64,000 nucleotides of DNA, taken from assembly GCA_905178155.1 (NCBI GenBank), contig CAJINV010000001.1, forward strand, positions 8,817,642-8,881,641, read 5' to 3'. This DNA is from Amoebophrya sp. A120 (taxonomy: Eukaryota; Protista; Dinoflagellata). Below, in pieces: positions 1-12,600 of this stretch. The notes beneath the pieces were generated by a model. The model saw only the letters and a list, made by a program, of their open reading frames with translations, made no database searches and had not been told where the DNA came from. Within the stretch, counting starts at the first letter, position 1; each line of letters opens with the position of its first letter. The position numbers and the translations under genes are program-made.

Positions 1-100
1 AAGTTGATTTTGGAGGAGGTGCTTGCTGGTGGTGACTCCTTGCTGGTGATGTTGATGCTGCAAAAGATTTCTTAGAAATCCAAATCTTTCTTGGATCAAG

Positions 101-1024
101 ATCTACAATGTGGATGTGCATGTTGTGAAAAAATATGCGTCCTCCCTGACGCTGCCGCGATTCTGCAGGTTGACGTGCCACTAGGGTCGTGGAGGTCGAG
201 GTTGCACTTCTGCTTCGAAATAAATAAATAATCCGTGCATCGACCACAGGAGCCCGTGGCTGCTCCGAAGCCCGAATGTGTGGTGATGTGCGTCCCGGTG
301 GATGAGGTGCCGACGAAGGTGATGGGGGCGGAGGGCGATCCGCAGGCGAAGGTGTGGCTCAACAAGCTGGACGGCGGTCGCCAAACCATGCGCATCGAGA
401 TTGAGCCGGGGTACCACTTGATGATGATTTTAAGGACGACGCAGGAGGAGATCCTGCACGTTGATTTCGCGTTTTTCTTCTTGTAGTTTCTGTACGTGTT
501 TTTTCTTTGGATATTAACATATATCTCAGTGTAGCATGGTGAAAGCATGATGCCAAAGTACCTAGTGACCAATAAAACTTCTTAAACTTCAAAAGCTTTG
601 ATTGGTTGAAATCCGTCTCTCCGCACCTTCCGAATTGTCCGGCCTGGTGCCCGGCGACGCACTTTGGCGTGCTGGAGTCCGGCAAAATGCAGATTAAGAT
701 GGAGGATGGCTCTGAGTTTACCATCAACGCCGGGGACACCTACTTCGTCCCCCCGAATCACCTGCCGGTCGTCGAGGAGAAGACGGTCATGATCGAGTTT
801 ACGCAGGATACCACGTACTTACTTATTCGCGCTACTAGCAGCTTTCTTTGCGTTGTCCACCTGTTTGCTACGGCGCACTATCATGATTTTCGTGATCCTG
901 CTTCAAATTCAGATTCAGTGTGAAGAATGCCCATTGTCCGCTTTTCTTTCAAGAAAGTAGAGATAAAATAGTTCACCCTATTACTCACAGGTACACCAAC
1001 GATAAATTCATCAAGTCTTCGTGA
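101..1024 (+). CDS. Cupin-domain protein (multi-exon; 5' start uncertain, possibly upstream of the window)
   Basis: GT-AG introns at about 169-250, 411-595 and 815-990 join the ORFs into ...IEPGFDWLKSVSPHLPNCPAWCPATHFGVLESGKMQIKMEDGSEFTINAGDTYFVPPNHLP...EFTQDTTYTNDKFIKSS*. It shows both cupin motifs (H-x-G-x-L-x-SG and GD-x-Y-x-VPP-x-H). Confidence 0.7.
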
Positions 1025-1771
1025 TGAAGCGGACACCGGTGCTGGTGGTACTCTGGCAGAATCCTATTGCGGGAGGTGATGATGAGGCGGGGATAAGAGT
1101 CTGAGGACGACAAGAAATAATCGCAGTAAGAAGAAGCAGAGGACGACGAGGACGAGCTTTTGAATGATATAAATATGGAGATGTGATAGCTGCTGCAAGT
1201 AAAGTTGAACAGAATATGAACCGCTTGTATGATCGATGTCTCGAATCTCGGTTACTTCGAATGTTTTCCAGCAAATTAGAAACACGACACACCAACCAAG
1301 AGCAAGAAAAAGCACACTCATGCCGACTAAAACCAAGGAGGTCTTCTAGGTTTTTTCAATCAACACTTGTTCCGCTGTCCATCAGAGTGCGCGGAAAGTT
1401 TTAACAGCAGCTAATCCTCATACTAATGCTCTGCTTTTCTTTTTTCTGTCCGTCACTTCTTACGCTCTTTTGTTTTCCACTTTTTTTTTACGGCCTTTTC
1501 TTTTAGTTGAGGGATCTTCACTGGGTGCGGGACTGAGTGCGGCATAGTGCACTATGACGAGACATGCGTTGAGTGATCAATTTTTTGGTATTGTTATTTC
1601 TGACCCTGATCAACAATAGAATTACAAACCAATTGTACGAGAGAAAAGCAAAAGGACTGCGAAAAGCAAAACTGTACGACTCGGATGTGCCGCTTAGAGG
1701 GCCACTGATTCACGATGTCGTGGTTGTTGGTGCTGGGCAAATCATCTCCATCTGAGGCGAGGAATAAAAAC

Positions 1772-4700
1772 ATGAAGGCATCTTGGTCCAGTATGCTGCG
1801 CGTTTCTGTGCCGTTTCTGCTTTCTTTATGCTTCGTGTTTCTGGGAGATTATGCGGGTGCGGCCACAGCGACCCCGATCGCTGAAGGAGATAGAAGTGGT
1901 GAGGATCAGATAGTGCAAATAGAAACGGCGGATGGAACTGGAACAGAACAAGAACACCATCACGAATTTTGGGACCCAGGCGGAGAACTCGTCATGCGAG
2001 ATAAGATGGAGGAGGGGGAAGGAGGAGCTAGAGCTTCGTATGGAGGTGAAGAAACAAAAAGCGCTTCAACTTCTACACCCGCAAGTGGAAATGAGCGACC
2101 TGCTGCCTCTACCGTATCGGTAACCGCGGGCCGCGAGCCTCGAAACAATGTTCATGTTGGAGGTCCTGCTTATGTGGAATATAATGACGGCACGGCTAAG
2201 CAAGTTGAAGTTCTTCGAGACGACGCCAATTCTGTTTCAACATCGAGATCAAGTTCAAGACCAGGAGTGGCCCCTCCACGACCGCGAGCAACTACATCAT
2301 CCTCGCATGAAAACAGACCCGAGCGTGAATCTGAGGAGGTCCGGGCGAAAAGGAGCAAAAGCAGGGACGACAAGAACGATGGAAAGGACAGACACCGGCC
2401 CACCGCTATGGAGCAAGCGGACCCGGCCCACTCCATGCATCACGACAAGGTACGGAACTTTCAAACTATGGTCAAGTCCCCCCGCGAGCGGGCAGGCTTT
2501 TATCTGAATCAGGCACGAAAACCCATGACTGTGGCGATCGATGAGGTGCACGATTCCTGGTTGGATTCAGTTCTCGAGGCGGAGGAGCTGCATGCCTGGC
2601 AGTACGGCGCGCCCAGTAGTTTCATGCAGCAGGTCACAGAACAAGAGGAGCAGGCAGATAGAGCAGCGACAGAGAGAAGTACTAGAGGCACAAAGAACCA
2701 CATAAGTCGAGCTGGGTTTCGCAGGCGGGGTGATGATGCAAAAGCCAGCGATAAAAATATTAAGGACGAGGAGGACCAAGAACGGGTGATCCGAATCAAG
2801 AGCTATGAATACGACTTAGATGCGTACCCGATGAGCCCCATGGTGCCTCCTTATCTCTGCATCGAGCCGAAGGCCAAGGCCCCGTGCGCAGCTCGGTTCA
2901 AGATGACAGAATTCAAAGAGCCCGATCACGGAGCGCCTCCCCCCAGGATCCTCACGCCTGACCCCGAATCCTTGGACATTGGGGGCCAGAACGTTAAATC
3001 GACGTTGAGTGTTTACACTATCACAATCGAGGCGTGGCTGCGGGATTCGGACCGCTCCAATAACGTGTTTGAAACGGTGAAGCGGCCGGCGACGAATGTC
3101 GCCGATACAGTGAAGGCAATCTCATCCAGTCTCTCCAGTATGATGCCGTCGTTTGCGACGGACCCTGACCACGACAAGATTGCGCAAGAAAACTTCAAAG
3201 TAGCTTACAAAAACCGCGGACGCTTTCTGTTGTCCATGCCCCAGTTTTTGGCTTTGGTGCAGAGGGGCCGAGTGGCAAACACGAAAGACCGGGAGTCGTG
3301 TGCCAACGCCATTCCTGCGCACCGACAGAGCTGGGAGATCCGGCGAGTGGTGGACGCGAGCGTTCGTTCGGGACACATTGCGCTGGGCTCCATGTCGGGG
3401 AGTGTGCGCGCCGACATTGCGATGGATCTGCGCTACACGCTCTTCGTGCCTGAACGGCTGCTGCAAAGCGAATTCGACACGTTCGAGCACGTTCCTTCGA
3501 CCCTGCCGGGCCTTGACTTTTTCGAGAAGGAAGATACCACTAAGGACAGTATGTACGAGGCGCTTGGGGCGCCTTGGGACTTCGGGTGCGAGAAGCACCG
3601 TGCGGCGATCCTCACGGAGCTGTACCTCGTGACGAAGGACCGCGCGCAGTGCCGTCTGAAGAAGCTCCCGACGGCCGCGGACGCGCCCTCAGATTCGAAG
3701 GGGCCCGCAGGTAAAGAACCGGAGGCGGAACCAGAACCAAAGTCGTCTTCTGGTAGTCAAACGACAGCTGCGTCGTCGTCGACGTCGTCGTCGTCTTCTC
3801 TGGAAATCAGGCACGAAGTTGCCTTAGGAAAAGAAGAACATCACACAGAAAAAACAGAAACGGGCCTCCAGCGGTCAACTGGTGAAGTTGTGCTGGAAAG
3901 AAGAACGTCGGAGAAGGCGGAGGTGGACGGCGCGCAGGTGTTCGTGGTGGACAAAGATTTTCTCTCGCCGTTTGATGCTGATGCGACTTGCGGAGACCAT
4001 ACTTACTTTGTCATTGCCACGGCGGAGACCGCTATTACATGGCAGCAAGAGCAGGGCAAGTACACCAGCTCGCTTAAGAAGATGGTGCGGGGTGAGATGG
4101 AAGAAGGCGACAACGAGGAAATAGTGAAAAAGTACGCCGACCAGACGCTGGATCTCGAATTTCGATCGCTGTTTGCGGAACGCGAAGATGCCCTGTATTA
4201 ATACTGCTTATGGGTTGTATTTTTATCGCTTTATATGGAAAGCTCAAGCTGTAGCTAATGATGTATTGGTATTCACGACACGGTTTTAGAAAATAGAAAA
4301 GAAAGCCAGAACCGAGAAAAATATTTCCTCAACACAGCGGCAAGGAGGCTTTGGATTCTTACAAGGAGGCCCTCGCCGAGACCACGCAAGTAGGAAAATG
4401 GTTCGAGACAAATCACGACAAGCTGGATGATCTCCCCAGCGTGGGTCTAGATTTTCCCGATCCCGTGCGGTTGCACCATGCTTTACGCGGGCAGGCGGGG
4501 TACACCGTGCTCTTGATGCCGTTCCCCTCCAAGCAGATCGTGAAAGAGCAGATTTCGTCGGCGCTCGACGGGGAAACCTACCTCTACCCCGACAAGGGTT
4601 CGCACCCCATCGCGGTCGTGCCTTTCCTCGGGGACGAGTTTATCATCCCGATCGCCGATGTGCCAGAAATGCTGATCCGGGGACTGGGAGAGGGCACCGG

Positions 4701-6306
4701 GCGGTGGGAACTGGAGAAGGAAGTCAAGGTGCCCTCGAATCCCGGCGTCCCCGATAAGAAGCTAGAACGCTACGTGACACTGCCCAAGGGCTACACAATC
4801 CGGTTTCCCAAGTCCGTGCAGAAGAGTGCGCACTACATGAAGGACGCGGAAAAGGGGGGCTCCCCGATTACGGTGGGGAAGGAGCAGCTGCAGGCGCTAT
4901 GGCGCGACCGGAAGTCCAATCTGTTGAATCTTGACAATCTCGCGGTCCACAAGGGGGACCCAGACTCCGGGCTAACTTTCGCTGCGCAGCGAAACCCGTT
5001 GCTCCTCGAGCTGTACCGCTACCGAATGATGTTCCCCGAGATGGCGGGCCGGCACGTTTTGATCTATCACCTGAACGTGTACCGGGACGCACAGGCACCC
5101 AAGGGGTTCCGGATCGAGACCCCCACGCGGGAGCCGTTCCAGGAGGAGCTCTTCGCCACGCTGCTTCGGGCCACGTACCGGCGGCATGACGTGGAAGAGA
5201 CGGCCGACAAGTACTTCGTGTCGCCCCTGTTTCCCTTCGTCCTCGTGTACCTCCGTACGCCCGAGGGCAGCGCGGAATTCCCAAACTCGCTGCAGTACAT
5301 GGAGGCCCGGGAGACTGTGTACGAGCGGGTGCAGAAAGTCGTGGAGACCGCGGGCTGGCTTTCGCCCGAGGACTCGCTGCGGCCGCCCGTCGTGCCCGGT
5401 GTGGTCACCGTCCCGCCGGAGGTGCAGGAGGGCGAGAAAGCGCCCGAGGGAAAGAAGATGAGCGTGCTCAGCGACCTGTCCGCGCCCCGTATCAAGAAGA
5501 TCGCTTACGATTGTCAGAACGCGTTCCTCCTGAACGACGACCCGAAGCGTCCGCGACTGTTTACCTTCACCGACTTCGCATCTGTGCTCCTGCGGCTCCA
5601 GGACGCCGGCCACGTGTCGCGGTTCCACGGGTCCACCTGCCCGGTGGCGGGCGACCGCGAGGTTGTGTCCTCCACCCTGGTACGGCACAAGGCGACCGAC
5701 ACCAAGTTTGGCGCCGAGGTTGCGAAGACGGTTGCGAAGAACCGGCAGAAGATGACCAGTTACGCATCCAGCTTCGCGACGAAGGGCGGCACGGCGGCGG
5801 TCGGGGCCTTCGTGAGTGGGACCACCCCGTTTTCCATGATGACCCCGTTCCAGTGGGTCGGGGGGTTGGTTATGAACCCCGCCGCCGCGGCCGGTGCACT
5901 TTCGAATCCCGCCGTCTGGGTCGCGGTTGCCGCCGGCATTGCCCTGTTCGCGACCATACGCCCCGGACTGGCGGCCATTGGAAAGCTCTACGGCTCCATG
6001 ACGGCGGACCGGGATGGCCGATTTATGATCCAGCTGGACCGGTTCAAGTCCGCTTTGGTGGACTCGGTGCTGCGGGCGCCCATGTGCTCCAGCGAGATGG
6101 TGGACCGCCAGCGCCGCCTGTACGAGGCCAAAAGCCTGCTTGACGGGGGCAACACGGTGGGTTACCGCGATTGCTACCTGCAGGAGTTCTGCCCCACCGA
6201 CCGTACGGGCGAGAGCGTCAAGTACGACCTCATCTACACACTCTTTCGCCCGGGGAGCCAGCGCAAGGAAGAAAACATGTACGAGCTGGGTATCACCTGC
6301 AGCTGA
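1772..6306 (+). CDS. Large hypothetical protein with N-terminal signal peptide (exons 1772-4194 and 4338-6306; may continue into the downstream exons)
   Basis: MKASWSSMLRVSVPFLLSLCFVFLGDYAGA is signal-peptide-like. GT-AG intron 4195-4337 joins the 828-aa and 651-aa ORFs in frame (DAL|GKEALDSY). GC-rich coding composition; hydrophobic segment near 5880-5960. Confidence 0.6.
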
Positions 6307-6695
6307 ATGTTACGACCGCGTTTTTTCACACTCTCAGCAACCAAGTAGAATGAGAATCGTGCTACAAGTAAGTACTTAAGTTCGTGGTACAACTTGATTC
6401 TTGCAAACAAAACTTAAACTACAATGTAGGATATGCATAGCTTCGAAGAGGTTTACATTTTACGATACAGTGTCACGAGTGTGGAGGTGAGATCCCCCTC
6501 ATGCGCCGGGTCTCTCGTAGTCGTATCATTTACATCTGCTGAAGAAGTTGTATCTTTCCTATCGGAATGATCCTCTGCCGGAATCATACACTGTTAGTGA
6601 TTCTCTAAAGCGTCAGACATCTTTTTGGTTTATCCTTGCGAGAGCAGGAACAACTACAACCGATCTCCTGTAGTTGAGGGTGCTGAAGAAAACAG

Positions 6696-9600
6696 ACGTC
6701 TGATTTTGTTCTGATACTCTTGTACGACGTTCAGACGGTGTTGGACAACCCGACAAGCTTCTACGAAAAATTTCTGGGAATGAGTTTCAAGCTCGGGAAT
6801 CTCTGGGAAGTGGAGACCGTCTGTATTACAATGAAAAATGCCCCCACCCCCACAGTCGCAAAAATTTGTGATGCGAAGTTTCCAAATGAAATTGAAAACT
6901 TTCTGTCATGCATGAAACAAGTATGAATCTTTCTGATGCAGAGTCTAGGCGTGCATCGCATCGCTTGCATGACAAGCGCCACTCTTGCTGGGGTCTTTTG
7001 CAATGCAGATTTTTGCTGCTAAGGATTGGAAACCTGTGATGCTGATAGATGCACGAGGACGAATGTTTCAATTGGAAAGGTTTGCAATACAAATGCTCCC
7101 AAGTTCGGGGGTGGGGGCATTTTTCACTTTGATAGTCTGCCAGGATCAGGAGCTGGACGAGTGCCCGGCTGCGGACGTGCTCGTGGACGACAGTCTGCAC
7201 ATGATCGGAGAGTCAGAGATGCTCGAGGAGATTTACCTGGCGCCCTTGATCATCAACCCCAGGTAAACATGTAATTCTTGCATCCATTTTTGCAGAGTAT
7301 CAAGCGGATTTCTATTTCAAGACATGTTGTAAAAGCATAGTCCGCCGGCGAATTATATATGCCAGCATGGTTCTGATAGCTCTCACTCTCTGGCTCTCCG
7401 CGACGGCTTACTAGGTGGAAGGTGCATCTGTGTACCTGTAGTTGCTATTCTGGAAGAAATATAATATCACAGATCAACCCGAGAAGTCTCGTCAACATAG
7501 ATCAAGGAATTTATTGGCGTACTACTGATAGAACAAGTGAGTGACGTTGAAAATCATCAGAATCCGTCGGTTTGTGGAGACCAGCCCGGCGTTGCAGGAG
7601 TTTGAAGAGAATCTGATTGACGAAGCGCAACAGCAGTTTTCGGTGGGGACGGAGACCGCGATTGAGGACTGCGAGCGGTGCCAGCAGACCTGGGGACACC
7701 GTTCCTGGGGTTCGGGGCGACCGCGCGCGAAGGATGGCGGCATGTTCAACGGCGCGGGCACGGACCTCAACACGCGGGCCGGGTTCAAGCAGATCTCGGC
7801 GCCCGCAAAGATGGCGCGCATGCAGGACATGATGATGTCGGGTATGTACATTCCGAACCAAGACGGCGGCTACGAGTGCGAGTTCACCGGCGTCCCGTTG
7901 GTCCACACGCCCCCCCAGCCCATCCGCAACTCTGCGGGGTGCAAGGCCGCCGCAAAGGAGAATGGCCACGAGTTTAAGGGCTTGGTCCGCTACCCCAACC
8001 CTGCGCAGGGCGGCCAGGACACTGCGCTCATGACCCGGTGCGCCTGGAGCCTGGAGCACGAGTTCGGGTTCGAAAAGCCGCTCGCGAAGTACATCATGGA
8101 TAAGATCAAAACCATCATCTACACCGTGATGGAGACGACCGGATCCGGCATGACCGAGCGGGAGGCCACGGAGAAGGCCGCCGCAAAGGCCAAGCAGGAG
8201 GCGATGAAAGCCAAAATGGAGGCGATGAAGGGCGGCGGAAAGGGGACAAACGGGCCGCCCGGCGGCAAGGCCGACGCGGCGGGAGCCGCGGCTCCGGCGA
8301 AAGCGGGGGGAGGTGGGAAAGCCACTGCGGCCGCATTTGTGCAACTGAGCGAGGAGGTTCTTGCAGGCGGTCGTGGTGGAACTGGAAATCCTGCTGATGG
8401 TACTACAACGAGTGATGGACGGAAAAGAAGCAAAGCGAGTAGCAGTGTCCTGCAGATATCTGAGTTGGGTCTCGATGACCACTCGGCGGACGGCGAGGTG
8501 GAACAGAGCAGCGGCGCGCGCGATTCATCTACTTCCATGTTAGAAAGAGAAGGAAAATTTAGGCGCGGAAAGCAAGTGCAGAAGAAAAACAAGGGAAAGG
8601 TATCTGTCATGATTCGGCAGCTGATGCAGATCGCGCAGCGAAAGTTTGGGTGGGCAGCGCTCGAATCCTCCTGGCAGCGGGGCTCTTTGCTGCAGCTGCT
8701 TCAGCGCACGGGTACGACAGGGAGGACGATGTTAGGAGGGTCACGAGGAGATCCCGGAGCAGCCGATGCGGCCGAAAAGCCGCAATGCCCGGCGGAAGCG
8801 CGCACGAAATTCCCAGATTTCCGGACGGTGTGGGGCGACACCCTGCAGCAGATTTTGCGAGAGCTTAAAGACCCCAGTCCAGATCCAAACGCGGCCGACG
8901 CAGAGACACACACCAAGGCTGTGGAACAGATTCAGAAGTTGAACGCAGCCCGGGACAAGATGGTGAAAAAGCTCGAGTTTGCGACGGAGAGTGCCTTTTC
9001 CGATTACGGTGGTAAATTCCTCCACGCCGGGAACCACAAGGACGAGGAAGCCAGTAAGAACGAAAGATCAGCGTTTTCGCAAGCACTGATAAAGGATCAC
9101 CAGCTGCCGCCAAAAGCCGCCGCGCGCCTCGCTATCTTGTATCCACCTGCGGTGTCGTGGATGGTCGTAAAGCTACAGCTGTTCTACTCGCTGTCGTGAC
9201 AGAATCTCTACTGCGGGCACGACCACACTATACTTTACACACCAATTGTGTGAAACAGAAAATGTGCATGTTGTGAATTAGTACGAAGATGAGAAGCACG
9301 AAACAATGGTCACATAGAGGCACTGCTCCGCTCAGTATTTATGTCGCTTGAGTGCTGGCCTCCTTTCGCTTTCGGTGCCGGCACCCATGCTCCTGTAGTA
9401 AAGTTGGTTTTGCTCATTTTTTATTTTTTGTCGAACAGCAGTAGCTGTAGCAGAGATCTTCACGGCACTTCTAACCCTTCCGTTTCATACCTTCGGGGAG
9501 AACATGCTGAATGCGTGCCGCTCAAGATGTACCACCAAGGAGGAAGACGAGCAGGTCGCGCGCTCCAAGGCCGAGGGAGCCCGCAAAGCATGGGATGAGA

Positions 9601-12600
9601 AAAAAGAAGGAATGTTGAATCCAGTCACCGGGGATATTTCTCACGCGATTGATGCCGGGGTCACTATGTTGACGGAGTCCAAAACTGTCGTGAATGCTGG
9701 TCCCGTCGACCCGGTAGTCGTCAGCACCGAGACTTTCACTGGTGGCGTGAAACCGCTGGTACAATCCCCATTCAGCAGTCCGGGCAATCTGCAGGCCTGG
9801 CTGCACTACCGCGAACGGATGCTCGGCGAAGTCGGGCTGATGGTGGTCGCCAAAAGTAAAAGCTTTAGAGAAAACCTCATGCAATCAGCCTTCGGCGACA
9901 AGGAGATGTCTGAGTCATTTTCATCTTCTGCGTCCTCCTTCATTGAGGAGGGACAAGGGCGAGAGTGGCTTTTCCACGAGAACACGGACAAAATTATCAT
10001 CAAAGAAAAGCCCAGCTCGTTTGTGGAGCGCTTTTTTCCCACGTGGATGGGCGGCACCGGCATGGGCTCGTCGGGTGAGACGGACGAGCAGTCCGCTACC
10101 ACAGTCGCGCCCAGCACGACTGCCCCCGCCGCCGGAGGTGGAACATCAACTGCTGAAACGAAAACTAAGTCGTCGTCCCCTGCTGTGAAAGACGACGGCG
10201 CGTTGACGTCGGAGGAGCTGGACAAGGAGCACCAGGAGGCCGGGCGGACGGGGTGCATGGAGTACCTCGGGAGTAACAACAAGGACGGAACCGGGCTTCC
10301 GGGCGCCGGCTACTACTTCGCGCAGACCTTTTCCCTCCGCAAGAATCTACGGAACTACCTGACAGAACTGTCTAACAACGCGGTCGCCGGCCACAGCCTG
10401 ACGTACCGGCCCCTGGACGGGCCCGCAAAGGAGATGAAGCAGTACGATCCGGACTCGATGCAGTTCATCACGATTTGCCGCGGCATCCTCGGCGCCATGA
10501 GTCCGGAGGCGGCGGAGTTTTCCTGCACCATGAGCGACGACATGGCGTACGAGCAGATCCAAGCCTCCCGGGCCCTGCAGGAGGACAGCCACGACCAACT
10601 GTGGCGGGAGATGGACTGCCGCAAGCACTGGGTCCGGTTTGACGCCGCCAGCAACAAGCAGGTCGTCGACAAGTTGACCGCCCGGCTCAAGGAGGATGGG
10701 TGCCTGGATCGCGTCTACAACGACACGATCAACTCGCTGTTCCACTTGGAGGCGAAAAAGCTGAAAGAGGAGGGCAAAACGGCGCTGCGGGTGCAGATGG
10801 TGCGGCAGGGCGGGCTGCGGGCCGGAGCCGACTCCAACCCGGCGGGGCAGGCCGTCGTGCGCGGCATCGAGCAGATTCACCTGGCGAACATGAACTGCAA
10901 GAAGCGCGGAAAAAAATACTTCTCCGTCTTCCCCACAGATCCGACCAACGTAATGCAGTCCGCGCAAGAAAACGCCATGGGCAGTAGTGCCTTGCAAAGC
11001 GGCGAAACTCACATAACAGCATCATCTTCGCCACAATTGGTGCACTCCTCAAGAAGAATGAAGAACATGCAGCGGGGAGATGTTGGGAAAGACACTAGCA
11101 GTAGCAGTGTACTGCAAACAGCGCAAGACAAAAGCGGGATGAACAACGCGGCCACGTCAACACGCAAACACAGACGCGGAGATGGAGGTCCCAGCGGCGA
11201 CAAGAATGGGAATAAAGAACCCGGCGCCACTGAAGAGAACAAGAAAGAGCTCAGTCGCTCCGGATTGTGGCCTTACCACGTTATCGCTGTCATCGAAAGC
11301 GCGTTGCACGTTCGCCCTAGCATCCTTTACGACCGAGACATCACGCCCCCAAGTCCGACCTCCAAGGAAGCTTTTGTGACTGGCATAGAGAATTACGCGG
11401 GAGAGATGAACAATGCCTCGGAATGGCTCAGCTCCGGCATGTTTAACAACACCAACAGCCAAAACCGGCACATCAGTGAGTGGCTGGCAGACAAGCACAT
11501 GTTTGACGTACTGGGCGGGAAGCCGGGACTCTTCCACAAGCGGGTGCAAGGAGCCTATCCTAGAAAATAAACGCCCACTCAGAAAATTTGCAAATAATGC
11601 TTGCTTTAGGTAAGTGTAGTCGAACGATTCGTACTAGCGTAGCCAGAATCGGGCTTTAGTGCCGTTTTTAGGACACTCACTTTGCGGCTGCTCTCTCTCG
11701 GATTTTTTGATGTTTTGATCTGAAAAGCTTTTGCATGGATAGCGGCGACTACCACCAGCACGGCCGCGTGTACACCACTTGGATCAACAACATCAACGCG
11801 CTGGCCTTGCGGAAAGACGAGATTGCCGAGGCTGTTCATGGAGACCCAGGTAAGGCAAGAGAACTTTGACGTCTCTACTTGATGTTTATGTTCATCATCC
11901 TGGACAATTGCAGTCCGCAAGTTCGTTTTGGCGCCTCCAATTTGGGAAGGCCAAGCAATATATGCCTCCGATGGTCAAATCCAATCGTCTGTGAGGCAAG
12001 GCAAGTTTCCACGGGCATAGGATTTTGAAAATCTCCACCACCAGGTGCTAACATTGCCTTTATGCAGCTGCCCACGCCGAAGTGCTACAGCGGCAACTTC
12101 ATGGCTCTGGGTGGTAACATGATGGCAAATGCCAAGACCGCAGGCACGATTGGAGACCTGATTACCAATACGCTGGACGACGTGGATCGGGTTTACAATG
12201 AATTCACCGAATCTAGAATGACGGAGGAGGAAAAAAACAACCGTACGGCGGACGAGAAAACGTCGACATGGCGCTATTTGACTATGAGAGTGCACAAGAA
12301 ACCCTCCCCTTCTCCCTCATTTGTCATGCAAAATACGAAGTCGTGCCAGAGCCAGCGTCTTTTTTTTTGCATTGCCTCCTGGTCGTGGCACTGTAGTTGT
12401 TTTCGCCACATGTAGTTCTGGACGCCGAAATAATAGCATCTCCCTGTGACCAACTACTACTTAGCTGCATCTTTCTTGTACGTGCGGCTTTTGCAGCAGT
12501 TTCTGTCGATCATGCCCATCAAAAGATGGGGCGGAGGGGGCCCCAACTTCGTTGTGCGCTGTGATATTCACGAAGGGCAGGCGGCTGCGAGATGTGAAGG

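Noticed and set aside
7511-8482. Long minus-strand ORFs (also 4972-5688, 41566-42711, 33383-34279)
   Set aside because: Antisense shadows of GC-rich + strand exons, with no domain motifs.
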